From Scenedesmus sp. PABB004 (lineage: Eukaryota), in NCBI GenBank assembly GCA_014905635.1, contig JABVCE010000042.1, forward strand, positions 124,001-156,763: a DNA stretch of 32,763 bases. The letters are read 5' to 3'. The position numbers were made by a program, and so were the translations under genes. Positions 1 to 10,882 of the stretch are shown here, piece by piece (position 1 is the stretch's first letter; each line of letters starts with the position of its first letter). The notes below the pieces were generated by a model. The model was not told the DNA's origin and ran no database searches. It was given only the letters and a program-made list of their open reading frames with translations.

Positions 1-165
1 AGTGGCCCGCCTCGGGTGGGCGGGGTCTGGACGATGGGTGATGCTGGCCGGGGCAGCGGGCTGGCGGGCGGCGCGGGCAGCACGGCCCGGCGGCAGGCCC
101 CGCGCCGCGCCGCGGGCGCCCGCCGACCGCGCGCGGCGCGCCGTGCCCGGTCGGACCGCTCGCAG

Positions 166-1575
166 GCGCGGGCGCGCCGCCGCGCGTGGCGCACGAGGAT
201 GCGGTGCTGGGCGGCAGCGTGGACGAGGTCATCCGGTGAGGGGCCCCACGGGGCGGTGCGGGCCCGGCCGGCGCGCCAGCGCGGCGTGCTGTGTGGCGTG
301 CGGCGCACGCCTCGCCGTGCGCGCGCCGCCGCCGCCCTGAACGACGCCGCGCCCGCCGCCGCGGCGCAGCGCGGACGACGACGCCGACCGCCAGGCGCTC
401 GTGCGGCAGCAGCAGAAGGTCGCGGCGCTCGAGGCGGTGCTCGCGGGGCTCAAGGTGCGCGGCCGCCAAGGGCGGCGCGGGCAGGGCAGGGAGGCAGGGC
501 AGGGCAGGGCAAGGCAGGGCCCCGGCACCCCCCGCTCATGCGCTCTGCCGCCGTTGCTGCCGCCCGCGGCGGCAGGTGAAGCAGCTGGAGTGGGACACCA
601 TGGGCGCCGCGGGGGCGGGCAAGCTCAGCGCCGCCAAGGGGCAGCCGGGCAACGGCAACAGCAGCGGCGCAGGTGCGGCGGCGCACGGGCGCGCCGGCGG
701 CAACGGACCGCTGCCGGCCGCGGCGCCCTGAGCTGCTGCGGCGCGCCGCGCAGGCGCTGCGCCGGCCGCGCTGATGCTGGAGAACGCGCGGCTGCGGGAG
801 GAGCTGGACGGCCTGCGGCGCCGCCTGCCGCAGGTCGGCCTGCTGCGGCGCAGCGGCAGCAGCGTCGGTGACGGCGCACAGGCGACCGCTGCGGCCGGCG
901 GTGCGCTGGAGCAGCTCACGCAGCAGCTGGCGCAGGTGCGCGGCGCGGGCCAGGGCGCGGCGCTGCTGGCTCCGGCTGGGCCTCGCCCGTGCGCTCACCC
1001 GCGCGTCCGCTGCGCCCCGGCCGCGCAGCTGCGCGCCGAAAACCAGCGACTGCAGGCGGCGGCCGCGCGCGGCGGCGCCGCGGCGGCTGCGGCGGCTGCG
1101 GCGGGCGGCGCGCCGGGCCGCGCCGGCGTGGGCAGCGGCGCTGGCTCGGCCGAGCTGCGCCGGCAGGTCAAGGAGTTCACCCTGAACACGCAGCTCGAGC
1201 TTGAGCAGAAGCTCAAGGTGCGCTGTGGCTGCCGCGTGCGCGGCGGCCACGCACCCCCGCGGGCCGCGCCGCGCGCTGAGCCGCGCCGGGCGCCGCCGCC
1301 GCAGGCGGTCGAGTCGCGGGCGGTCATGGCGGAGGAGCAGCTGGCGCACCTGCAGGTGGTCGGCGCGCGCCACGCCGCGCCGCGCTCACGGCCAGCGCTC
1401 ACGGCGAGCGCTGGGGCTGAGCTGAGCCTCACCTTGCGCCCCCGCCCGCGCCCGCCCACGCCCGCCGCGCCCACCACCGCAGCGCTACATGGCCACCGCG
1501 AGCGTGACGTACCAGCGGGAGATCGTGCGGCTGCGCGCCGCGCTGGGCGGCGGCAGCGCGGCGGCGGGGCAGTGA
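166..1575 (+). CDS. CCDC78: CCDC78-like coiled-coil centriole-associated protein, 3' part (5' end upstream of window)
   Basis: Exons ~166-235, 395-454, 576-672, 754-935, 1029-1217, 1305-1355, 1483-1575 (TGA), GT-AG introns. Spliced C-terminus LRRQVKEFTLNTQLELEQKLKAVESRAVMAEEQLAHLQRYMATASVTYQREIVRLR resembles the recalled CCDC78 C-terminal pattern (F...TQ.ELE......RA.MAEEQL..LQ.Y......Y..EI.RLR). One phase mismatch at the 235/395 junction. Confidence 0.7.
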
Positions 1576-1997
1576 TCGCGGACAAGCCGTGGGAGAGTGC
1601 GGCCTCACGTGTTAACATGTGCTCGTTTGTTCGTGACCGCGCGCAGCTCCGTGACCGCACACAGCGCGCGAGTCCCATATAAGTCTCTCAATCAGCCACC
1701 GCCGCCCCCCACGCCCACACCCTGCCGGCGCGCGGCGGCGCGCGTGCGCCCCGCGGCCCGCGCGGCTCGATTCCGCAGCGCGCGCGCTCAGGTCGCGCGC
1801 GATACAAGTTGGGCTACCATCACAGCCTTTTAGGCACGCCACGTGTGTTGGATCGGGCCGCAAGAGCATGAGGAAGGGCAAGCAGTCGTCAGGCAGTGCT
1901 CGCGGGGCACAAAGGGCCGCCCCGAATCCATCGCGGCCAGCCCGCACGCCGCGCGCGGCGCCGGCCGCTTAGGGCGGCGCGCGCGCGGGCGCGGGGC

Positions 1998-2698
1998 TCA
2001 GGGGTCGATGACCGAGACGGCGCGGTTGCACAGCTCGTTGACCTCGGCGGTGAAAAAGTTGGTGAACTGCTGGCGGTTGCACTGGGCGTAGCCGTTGAAC
2101 GACCAGCGGCACTGGCCGTAGCGCGCGGCCTCCTCCGCCTTCTTCTGGCACGCGCCGTACGCAATGTTCTCACACTGGCTGAGCGTCACGGGGAAGCTGC
2201 GGCCAACGCCGGGGCCGGAGCGCTGCCCGCCGCGGCAGAAGCTCTGGGCCGTCGCGCACGCGTCCTTGCCGATCTTCCAGCCGGCGTCGCGGCCAAACTT
2301 GATGCAGCGGTCGCCGTTGACGGTCACGGGCGGCTTGGGGCAGGACTTGGAGCACACGCTGTAGCAGTTGTTGGTCTTGCACGTCTGCGCGGGTGGTGCG
2401 TGGGCAGGGAGGAGGGGGGAGGGCGGTGAGGTGCCGCCGCGCGCTGTAGTGCGCTGTGCGCGCGCGCCCACACGCGCGCGGCGGCGGCCGATCACGCGAG
2501 CGCCCGCCGCCACGAGGCGGACGGGGCGCGAGCCGGCGGCCGGGACGCGCGGCGGCGTCGCACATTGCACTCAATGCAGGGGCCGCTGCCGCCGCCGCCG
2601 TGGCTGCCGCCAGAGCCGCCAAAGTGGCGCGCGTCCTGCTGGGCCAGCGCGCAGCCGGCCAGGAGCGCCAGCGCGAGGATGGCGAGCGCGCGCGCCAT
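1998..2698 (-). CDS. Small secreted cysteine-rich protein (~173 aa), unknown function
   Basis: Exons 2698-2564 and 2384-1998, in-phase GT-AG intron. Signal peptide MARALAILALALLAGCALAQ, Gly/Ser linker, 14 Cys in the mature part, clearly coding-like composition. Confidence 0.85.
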
Positions 2699-3142
2699 GA
2701 TCGGAGGCCTGCGCGCGGCGGGCGGGGGCGGCAGCAGCAGATGCGGGTGTGTCCGGAGTGCCAGGCATCGCGCGGCCCCGCGGCCCGCGCGGGAAGCATT
2801 GCGGCATAAATGTGGCATGCCGCGATGCAGCCGGGCTGATGCCTCAGCGCCCCGCTCAAGGCCGCCGCCCACCTTTCGGTCGCGGGTGCTGCGCGGTCGC
2901 GGGAGGGAGGAGGCGCCGGTCTGGGCGGCGGGGAGGTGCGGGAGTGTGATCCGACCGGGCGCGGCGGCGGTCGGGTTCTAGAGAGCTGCAGGCGGCGGCA
3001 GCTGCGCGAACGCGTTGACGCCACTAACGCGAGCGCGCGCGAGCCTCCCAGGCACCGCGTTGGGTCGCGCGGTGATGTTCCAAGCGTCCCGGCCGCGGCC
3101 CCGCGCTCGGCGCGCAGCGGCACTCGCACCGCCGGCGCGCCG

Positions 3143-4887
3143 CTATGTCGGCGCCAGCGCCGCGCCCGCCGCCTCGGCGCCTGCCCCACGCCCGCTGCTG
3201 CCACTACCACTGCTGCCGCTGCCGCTGTCGCCGCTGCTGCCGCTGCCGCCGCTGCTGCTGCCGCCCCAGTCGTCGCCGTCGCCGTCGCCGTCGTCGTCGC
3301 CGTCCTGCTCCGCCGCCAGGAGGTCCAGCTCCGGCGCCGCCCCGCCCTGCTGCGCCGCCTGCTGCTGAACGAGCGCGGCCGCGTAGTCGCCGCCGCCATC
3401 GTCGCCGTCGTCGCTCTCGTCGTCCACCAGCTCAAACGCGGCGGCGTCGCCGCCCGGGCCAAACACGCTCGGCGGCGCCGGCGGCGGCGCCGCGGGCGGC
3501 GGCGGCGGCGCGGCCGCGCCGGCGAGGCCCCAGTAGGTGCAGGCGGGGCTGTAGCTCAGCGCGGGGCGGTGGCTGTAGCTCGCCTTCCACGTCCCAAAGT
3601 ACTGGTGGCAGATGTAGGCCCCCGGGTTGCGGCCGAGCGCCTCGGCGCAGGAGATGCCCTCCGCCGCGGTCTCCCAGCCCATGGTCATGACGTGCCGCGG
3701 CAGCAGCCGCACGCGGCCGACGCGCGCGCCGGTCGCGTTGCTCGCCGCGGTCGCGTTGACCGGCCAGGCCGCGCCCGCGGACGCCGCGTAGGCCCCGATC
3801 GCGGCCGTGAGCGCGCCGGGGCCGGTGCGCTGGATGACCGCCTCGCTCAGCGCCGCCCCCGCCTCGCCGCCGACGGGGCGGCCCGCGAGGCCCGCGCGCG
3901 ACACGCGTGCGAGGATCGTGAACGGCAGCGACGCGAGCACCGGGTGGCAGGGCATCGCGGCGAGGATGAAGTTGTTCACCCGCGTGACGCGCCCGCGCGC
4001 GTCGGTGTAGACGATGCCCACCAGCAGGTCGGCGTCGTGCCCCGACGCCGCGTTCCAGGTCGAGACCGGCGCGACGCAGCGCACGTCGCTGTCGGCGTAC
4101 ACGCCGCCCCAGCGGTGCAGCGCGAGGTAGCGCCAGAGGTCGGCGCGCTCCACGGGCGTCGACAGCGCGCGGTACACGGGCAGCAGCTCGGGGTAGTGCT
4201 CACGCACGAGCGCCTCGCGCTCGGCCGCGTCGTACAGCCTGCAGCAACGGGGGGGGGGGGGGGGGCGGCGCTCTGGCCGGGCCGCGCGCGCGCTGCGGGG
4301 CGGGCCGCCGGCGAGGCCCGCCGCACGAGCCCGCCGCCGCGCGGCGGGCCGCACGCGCGGCGCTGGCGCGCCCCGCGCCCCGCGCGCCTGTGCTCGTATC
4401 CCGGGTTGAGCGCGCGCCACGTCGCCATGCACTCCAGCACCTCGCAGGAGATGTTGAACTTATCTTCCACCGTCTGGTGGATGATGCGGGGAAACACAAA
4501 CGGCGGCCCCCCGCCTCGGGCAGAGTCCGCGCCGTCGCCGCCGCCGGCGCGGCGCGCGGCGTCCGCCCAGCTGCCGACGTCGCGGACCTTGGCCGTGCAC
4601 CAGTCGTGGCCGTCGCCCGGCAGCGACGGGTCCTGCCGCCCCGGCTGCCAGGCCGCCGCGGGCGCGGGCGCGGCCAGCGCGGCGCCGCCAAACTCTGCCC
4701 GCGCCGCGGCGACGTCGCCGAGCGCGCGGTGCATGGTGGTGCAGGGGCCCTCCAGGTGCAGCACCGTGAGCGCGACGCACGCGCCCGCGAGCAGCCACTG
4801 CAGCGCGGCGCGCGCGCGGCAGTACGCGTCCGGCGCGCCGCCGGCGGCCATGCTCCGCGAGCTGGCGCAGCGCGGGAGCAGCTCCAT
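3143..4887 (-). CDS. Glycosyltransferase family 32 (OCH1/SUR1-like DxD sugar-binding domain), type II membrane protein
   Basis: Exons 4887 (or 4851)-4388 and 4238-3143, GC-AG intron 4387-4239. Motifs FPRIIHQT, TWRALNPGYEHRLYD, ERADLWRYLALHRWGGVYADSDV, AAMPCHPVL, TGPG, HQYFGTWK. N-terminal hydrophobic segment LQWLLAGACVALTVLHL. Confidence 0.9.
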
Positions 4888-5307
4888 GCAGGTGCGGGAT
4901 CAATGCGTGGTCGCGGGGCCCCGCATCGCGCCGGGCCGGCGGCGGCAGCAGCGGCGGTTTCGGTTGGCGGCGCCGCCGCGCGTGGTGCTGTCTGTGGCTG
5001 GCAGCTCGCGGGAGCTCGCTGATGGCATGTCTGGGGGGCCCGGGGAGAGAGCAATGCGGAGGCCGGCGTGCGGGAAGCTCGGAGCCCTGGCGCGCGGTTT
5101 GAGCGCGCCGCACCGCGCCCGCCCACGTCCGCCACCCGCCCACCTCGCATCACGCGCAGACCGCTCCCGCCGTTTTCTTCGCCCGCTGTCTCAGACGCCT
5201 GCCCGCGCCGGCGGCCAAGCGCGCCCACTCGATTGGCCAGCAGCGCGCGCTCCCCCGCCAGCCGCCCCGCGGCCTCGCCGGCGGCTCCGTTCATCCGATC
5301 AGCAGCC

Positions 5308-6169
5308 ATGCCGTCGCTGTCGCTCTCCTCCTCGGTCGCGCGGGCGCCCCAGCGCGCTGCTGACGCCACGCGCTGCGCTGCTGCAGGCGCGGCGCGGCGG
5401 CCTGCCGGCCCGGGCCGGCGTGCGCGCCTGGCCCCCGTCGGCGCGTTCAGCGCGGCGCCGGAGCCCGTGCGCGCCGACGCCGGCAGCGCGGGGCGCCAGC
5501 AGCCGGCCACGCCCAGCGCGCGCAAGCTGGCGACCCTGGGCCTGCTCTCCGCCCTCGTGGACGTGCAGGTGCGTCTCACCGATGCCGGCGCGCGTCCCGA
5601 ACGCGCGGCTGCGCGTAACGGCCACACGCTGAGGCGTGGAGGCGTGGAGCTGAGAGGCGCCCGCCCCCGCCCCGCAGGCCCAGGTCGCGCGGTTTGAGGT
5701 GTTTGCCGGCCGGAGCGCCATGGTGCGCGCCACTGCCGCGCCCGGGGCCGCGCGTCGCTGCCAGGCGCCGCTGCCGCACGTTCGCTGCCACGCGCCGCCG
5801 CCGCCGACCCCGCGCTCGCCACCGCCGCAGATCGGCTTCGCGGTGGCGGTGTGCGCGGAGCTCGCGACGGAGCGCAGCATCTTCACGAGCGTCGCGCCGA
5901 CCGACGCCGCGGCGGCGGCGGGCGCCGCGGCGGCCGCGCTCGCGGCCGCGGCCGCGGCCGCCGCGGGCGGCGCGGGGCGCGGGCGGCTGGGCGTGGAGCT
6001 CAAGGAGGCGGTCGTGGCGTCCCTGACTGCGGCGCAGCGCAGCGCGGCGGGCGTGACGGGGCGCTGGAGCGGCGTCGACGGCGCCGTCGACCGCGCCGTG
6101 GGCGAGGTGTTTGACCGCACCACGCTCTACGCCATCACCGCCGACGAGGAGGTGCTCCGCGACCTGTGA
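5308..6169 (+). CDS. SEP2: Stress-enhanced protein 2-like (LHC-like chlorophyll a/b-binding family), chloroplast-targeted
   Basis: Exons 5308-5568, 5678-5722, 5831-6169. Splicing builds the LHC helix motif FEVFAGRSAM|IGFAVAVCAELATERSIF, followed by a second hydrophobic Ala-rich helix and a SLT...VDRAV tail recalled from SEP2. Ser/Arg/Ala-rich transit peptide. Confidence 0.75.
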
Positions 6170-6890
6170 GGCGCCGGCGCCGCGACGGGGCGCCGGTGCC
6201 GGCGCCGGCGGCGACGGCGCGGCCGGGAGGCGCACGGGGCGCCCGCTCGCGCGCGCGCGCGCGCCGCGTGGCGCGCGCCGCCGCGGAGCGCGCCGCCGCG
6301 GAGCGCGCCGGCGGGCCTTGCCGGGTGCATGCCCGGCGGCCCATGCGCGGCGGGGGGCGCGATTCTTCCTCTGCCGGCGCTGGGGCGGCGGCGGCGCGCA
6401 GCAGCGCGTCGCCGGCCCCCCAACACTTGTGGCCGCGTTATTCTTGTGGCGTGCCGTTTTTTGGTCGCGCGCGGCGCGGCGGCTTGCGCCCGCCCGCGCG
6501 GCGCGCAGCGCGCATGGCGTGGGCGCACGGCGCGACACGCCGCGCGCGCACGCGCCGGTTGGCTGGGCGTGACGGCTTGCGGGGGGCTCGCCCCCGCGAC
6601 GCGCGATTTCTGGGCGTGTTGCCGCCGCCGGGGACGGCGTGCCGGCGCAGCACTGACCGACGTTGCCCCGCTGGGCGTCCGACAATCAAGGCCCCTGCGA
6701 CAGGCAGACCGACACACTGGTGGCGCGGGGCCGCCGCAACCTTTGCTGCGCGGCCGGCACGACTCTATATCTTGCTGTGTGCCGCCGCCACCGACGATGA
6801 CGCGGCCGCGCTGCGCAGCATCCCCGCGCGCGGCCGCGGACGACGACACGGGCTTGACGCATTGAAGAAGGCCGCATGTACAGTGTTCTG

Positions 6891-6895
6891 TGTAA
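6891..6895 (+). promoter_or_regulatory. Possible TGTAA chlorophyte polyadenylation signal (SEP2 3' UTR?)
   Basis: TGTAA in an AT-richer patch ~720 nt after the SEP2 stop. TGTAA is the established chlorophycean poly(A) signal; assignment to SEP2 is unproven. Confidence 0.35.
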
Positions 6896-7200
6896 ACCAG
6901 CGCGGCGACGGCGAGGTGCGCGCATGCGACGACGAGGCCAACGCGTGCCGGCTGCAGCTCGTGACGGCGTCACTGGCGGTCTGCAGCGCAGCGCCGGCCG
7001 CCGCCTGGCCCTGCAGTCAGTCAGCCACGCCCCTGTGCCGCACACGCACGAGCCTCACACACACGCCAGTCGCCGCACGACACGAGCCCACCGCCCGCCG
7101 CCTCGCACCGCCGCGGCCACGCAGCCGCTTGCTGCGCAGCGCCTCGATCGTCGTCTCGGCTGAGCTGGGCGCCGCGGCCGTGCGGCGGGCAGGCGGGAGC

Positions 7201-8383
7201 ATGGCGCGCGCGTGCAGCCGCGGGAAGGCCGGCCTTTTTAGGGCGCCCGAGCCAGGTGCGGGCCGGGCGTGAGGGGGCTGTGCTAATCTTGCTCCGACTG
7301 TCGAGCGGGCCAGAGCCAGATCACCACCCCGGGCGACCGGGGCGAGCTGGCCGCGCGCATCGCACCCGCGGCGCGCGGCGCTGGGGCCCCGGGCCCCGCT
7401 GGCGGACGGCCCGGCAGATCCAGGCCGCGCCGGCCAGCCGCGACGCCGCAGCGGCGCAGCCCCAGTCCGCGCGGCACCCGCGTGCGCCGCGCCTGGCGGC
7501 AGCTGCTGCTGCTGGCCCGGGCGCCACCCGCGCGCACGCCGCGCCGCAGGCCTGCTGCTCGCCGCCGCGCTGCTGGCGGCGGCGGCGCTGGGCGCCGGGG
7601 CGGAGCCCGACAACGGCGTGCTGGGGGTGGGGGGCGAGGGCTACACCGTGCGCCGCACCACCATCGTCACGACCACGACGACCAGCACGCCGCTGCCCGC
7701 CGGCGCGGCGCCGAGCTGGCAGCCGGCCGTGACCGCGGCGGCGGCGCCCGCGGGCGCAGCGGCCGCCGCCAAGCCCGCCGCCGGCGCAGCGGCCGCTGCC
7801 GTGGAGGCGGCGCCGAGGCCGGCGCCGGGCGCGGCCGCGGGCGCGGGCGCTGCCGGCGGCGCTGCCGCCACGGTGGCAGCGCCGGGCATGGCAGCTGCAG
7901 CGGCGCCGGGCGCGGGCGCCGCCGCGGCGCCGGGCATGGCAGCTGCGGCGGCGCCGGGCGTGGCAGCTGCGGCGGCGCCGGGCGTGGCAGCTGCGGCAGC
8001 GCCGGGCCGCGCGGGCGTCGCGTCGGGCGCCAAGCCCGAGGTGTGGCGGCCGCGCTACCCGTTCCCTCAGTGCGTCAACACCACGCTCAGCTACGACGTG
8101 TCGTTCGTCGGCAAGCTGCGCTTCGTCCAAGTCGGTGCGCGCGCCGCGCGCGCGCGTCCGCAGGCCTCAACACCCCCGCCCCCGCCCGCGCGCCGCGCGG
8201 CGTCCCATCACGCTCCCCGCCGCCCTCCCACGCCTCCCCCTTCCCCCCAGGCACCGTGCGATTTGCCTACCACCGCTTCGGCCCGCTGCGCCCCGGCGGC
8301 GCGGCGGCCGAGGCGGGGAGCCGCGTGTTCTCGCGCGCCACCAAGCCGCCGTCGCCCGTGATGTTCATCTCAGGTGGGCGGGG

Positions 8384-8417
<34 letters not shown>

Positions 8418-10467
8418 CTGCTGCGCCCGCGCCCGCCGCCCGCGCCCGCGCCGCCCGCCGCCGGGCACGCCCTGGCCGGGCGCGCGCGCTTGCCGCAGCG
8501 ACCGCCGCCGCCGCCGCTCACCCCCCGCCCTCCCTGCGCTTGCCCGTCTCCCCCCCCCCCCCCCCACACACACACATACCCACACCCACACAACACACGC
8601 GCGCCACGCGGCCAGGCTGGGGCCTGACCATGTACATGTGGCCCATCCCGCTGCTGCAGCGCCTCGCGGAGAGCCGCGAGGTGGTCATCTTTGACAACAT
8701 GCGCACCGGGCTCTCCAACGACTCCAGCACCGCGCCGCTGAGCATCGAGGCCATGGCCAGCGCGACGGTGGGCCTCATCGCCGCGCTCAACCTCACGACG
8801 CCGGACATCTGGAGGTGCGTGCGGCAGCGGCGGCGGCGGAGCTCGACCCGCGCCGGGGGCGGCCCGGCCCGCTGACGCGCTCCCGCCGCCGCCGCCGCCG
8901 CCGCCGCAGCTGGTCGCTCGGCGGCTTTGTCGCGTACGGCCTGCTGGCGGCGTACGAGGACAAGGTGCGCGCGAGCGCGCGCCCGGCGTGCGAGCCGCGG
9001 GAGCGAGGGAGCGCCGCCGCGCCGCGCGCCGCCCTGCCTGCGCCGCGCGCCCTCTCCTCCAGCCCTGCTTAACCCTGCTAAACCCTGCTAAACCCTGCCT
9101 CCCTCCCGCTCTGTCCTTTAACCCCTCTGCTCAACCCCGCGCCGCCCGCCAGATCGGCAACGTCATCGTCGCCGCGAGCAGCCCCGGCGGGCCCGACGCG
9201 CTGCTGCCGCCGCGCGTGGTGACCGACGACATCGCCGCCGCGCGGCAGAACTACACCGCGCTGCTGCCCTACTTCTTCCCGGGCGGCGCGGCAGACCCCG
9301 GTGCGGCGCCCGGGCGCGGCGGCGGCGGCACCGTGCGGCGGCGGATGCGGCGGTGGCGCCGAGCGCGCTTGCTCCCGGGCGGCCTCCCCCACACCTCCCG
9401 CCTGCCCCCCACACCCCCCCCCTCCAGGCGTGTGTGCCTTTTACGCGGCCTACAATTCATTCTACGCCTCACAGTTCACCTCCCTCGCCACGCCGCTCGG
9501 CCTCAACGTGCGCGCGCCGCCGCAGCCGCCGCCGCCGACGGGGTCGCGCTGGGGGACGCCCCGCCGCGCGCCGCGCGCGCGGCGCTGACCGCGCCCGCCC
9601 GCCGCTGCTCTCCGCCCGCCCGCCCGCGCCGCGCGCGCGCGCAGTCGCTGCAGGAGCAGAGCGCCGCGGTCGTGCGCTACTTCACCAGCCCCAGCATCAT
9701 CGACCAGCTCGACGGCACGCCCAACCGCGTGCTCATCCTCCACGGCGTCCAGGCGCGCGCCGCGCCGCGCCGCGCCGCCGCGCACCGAGCACCGCCCGCG
9801 CAGCGCGCGCGCGCGCATCCCCGCTCGCCGCACGCGTGCCGGGCCTCGCCGCGCCCGCGCCCGACTCACCCCGCCCGCCGCCGCCGCTCGCGCCTTGCAG
9901 GACCGGCTGATGCCGGTGCGCAACGCGATGCTCGGCGCGTCGCGGCTGCTGGGCGCGTGGATGATGCAGTTCCCGGGCGAGGGCCACGGCATTCCCTTCT
10001 CAAACGTGCAGGCAGTCACGACGTGCGGCGGCGGGCAGCGCGCGCGCAGGGGCCGCGCACGCACCTACCGCGGCTGCGGCAGGGCTCGCCGCCGCGCGCG
10101 CCCCTGCCCCCGCCCGCCCCCGCGCCTGGCCCCCCCTCACCGCTCGCCCCCGCCCGCCCTGCTCTCCGCCGCCGCCCCCTGCCCGTCCGCGCCTGCCCGT
10201 CCGCGCCCCGCCCCCCGCTGCAGCACCACGCTGCAGTTCTTCAGCTTTGCAAACCCGCTGAGCAAGGCGGAGATGATCCAGTGGGCCAGCTACGGCGCCA
10301 CCGCCGCCAGCCGCGCGGCGGGCACGCCCACGCGCCTCGTCCTGCGAGCTGAGCCCGCGCCGGCGGCGCCCGGCGCGGCCGCGGCGCCAGGGACCGCCGG
10401 GCCGGGGCCGACCGCGCCGCGCGCGTCGCCCGCAGCCGGCGCGGCGGCGGCGGCAGCGGGGCGGTGA
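7201..10467 (+). CDS. Secreted alpha/beta-fold hydrolase with Thr- and Ala/Pro/Gly-rich N-terminal linker
   Basis: Ten in-phase exons: 7201-7255, 7550-8134, 8251-8373, 8616-8814, 8910-8964, 9153-9300, 9428-9507, 9645-9752, 9901-10022, 10224-10467. Motifs PVMFISGWG, VVIFDNMRTGLS, nucleophile elbow WSWSLGG (Ser 8914), LILHGVQD (Asp 9901), FPGEGHG (His 9985). Signal-like LLLAAALLAAAALGAGA. Exon 1 is the least certain. Confidence 0.85.
7879..8007 (+). repeat. Coding 24-bp minisatellite encoding APG(M/V)AAAA
   Basis: GCGCCGGGC(A/G)TGGCAGCTGCRGCR occurs four times, with one variant unit, inside hydrolase exon 2. Confidence 0.85.
9063..9098 (+). repeat. Telomere-like 10-bp tandem (CCCTGCTAAA)n in hydrolase intron 5
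   Basis: ccctgcttaa ccctgctaaa ccctgctaaa ccctgc; resembles CCCTAAA with a 3-nt insertion. Confidence 0.6.
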
Positions 10468-10882
10468 CGCGCGGCGGCGTGCGCGAGGCGGTTGCACTGA
10501 TCAGCGCTGTCGGCGGGGCGCGGGCTTCTTTCCTTTCGTTTTTGGGTCTGCGAATCCACGCGCCGAACCGCCGGCCCGCCGCTGTTCGCCAGCAACAGCG
10601 CCGCGAAAAAAACTGCCGCTGCCGCCGTCGGCGCTGCAGGCCGCCGCGAAGCGCCAACTCGCGCAGGCGCACTCGCAGTCTTCAGTGTGCTATACGGCAG
10701 CGCGGAGCAGCCAGCCCGGCCCCCACGCCTGCGCACGCGGCGAGGCGAGACGGCGGGGGCCAGCGCCCACTGCCGCCCACCACGCGCCGCCGCACTGCGT
10801 GCGCGCTCGCCAGCTGACTGAAGTACTTGAGCCTCACAGCTCAGGTGGCGCAACGGCGCGGCATGAGGCCGGGCCGCCGGCC

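Noticed and set aside
2936..5632. 898-aa + strand ORF and the many other long Arg/Ala/Pro-rich ORFs in the track
   Set aside because: Antisense or off-frame shadows of real spliced genes; stop codons are rare at this GC content and the translations have no recognisable motifs.
6170..7200. Possible gene between SEP2 and the hydrolase (368-aa ORF 6166-7272)
   Set aside because: No coherent exon chain or motif; reads as 3' UTR plus promoter, with a short 15-bp direct repeat near 6272-6309.
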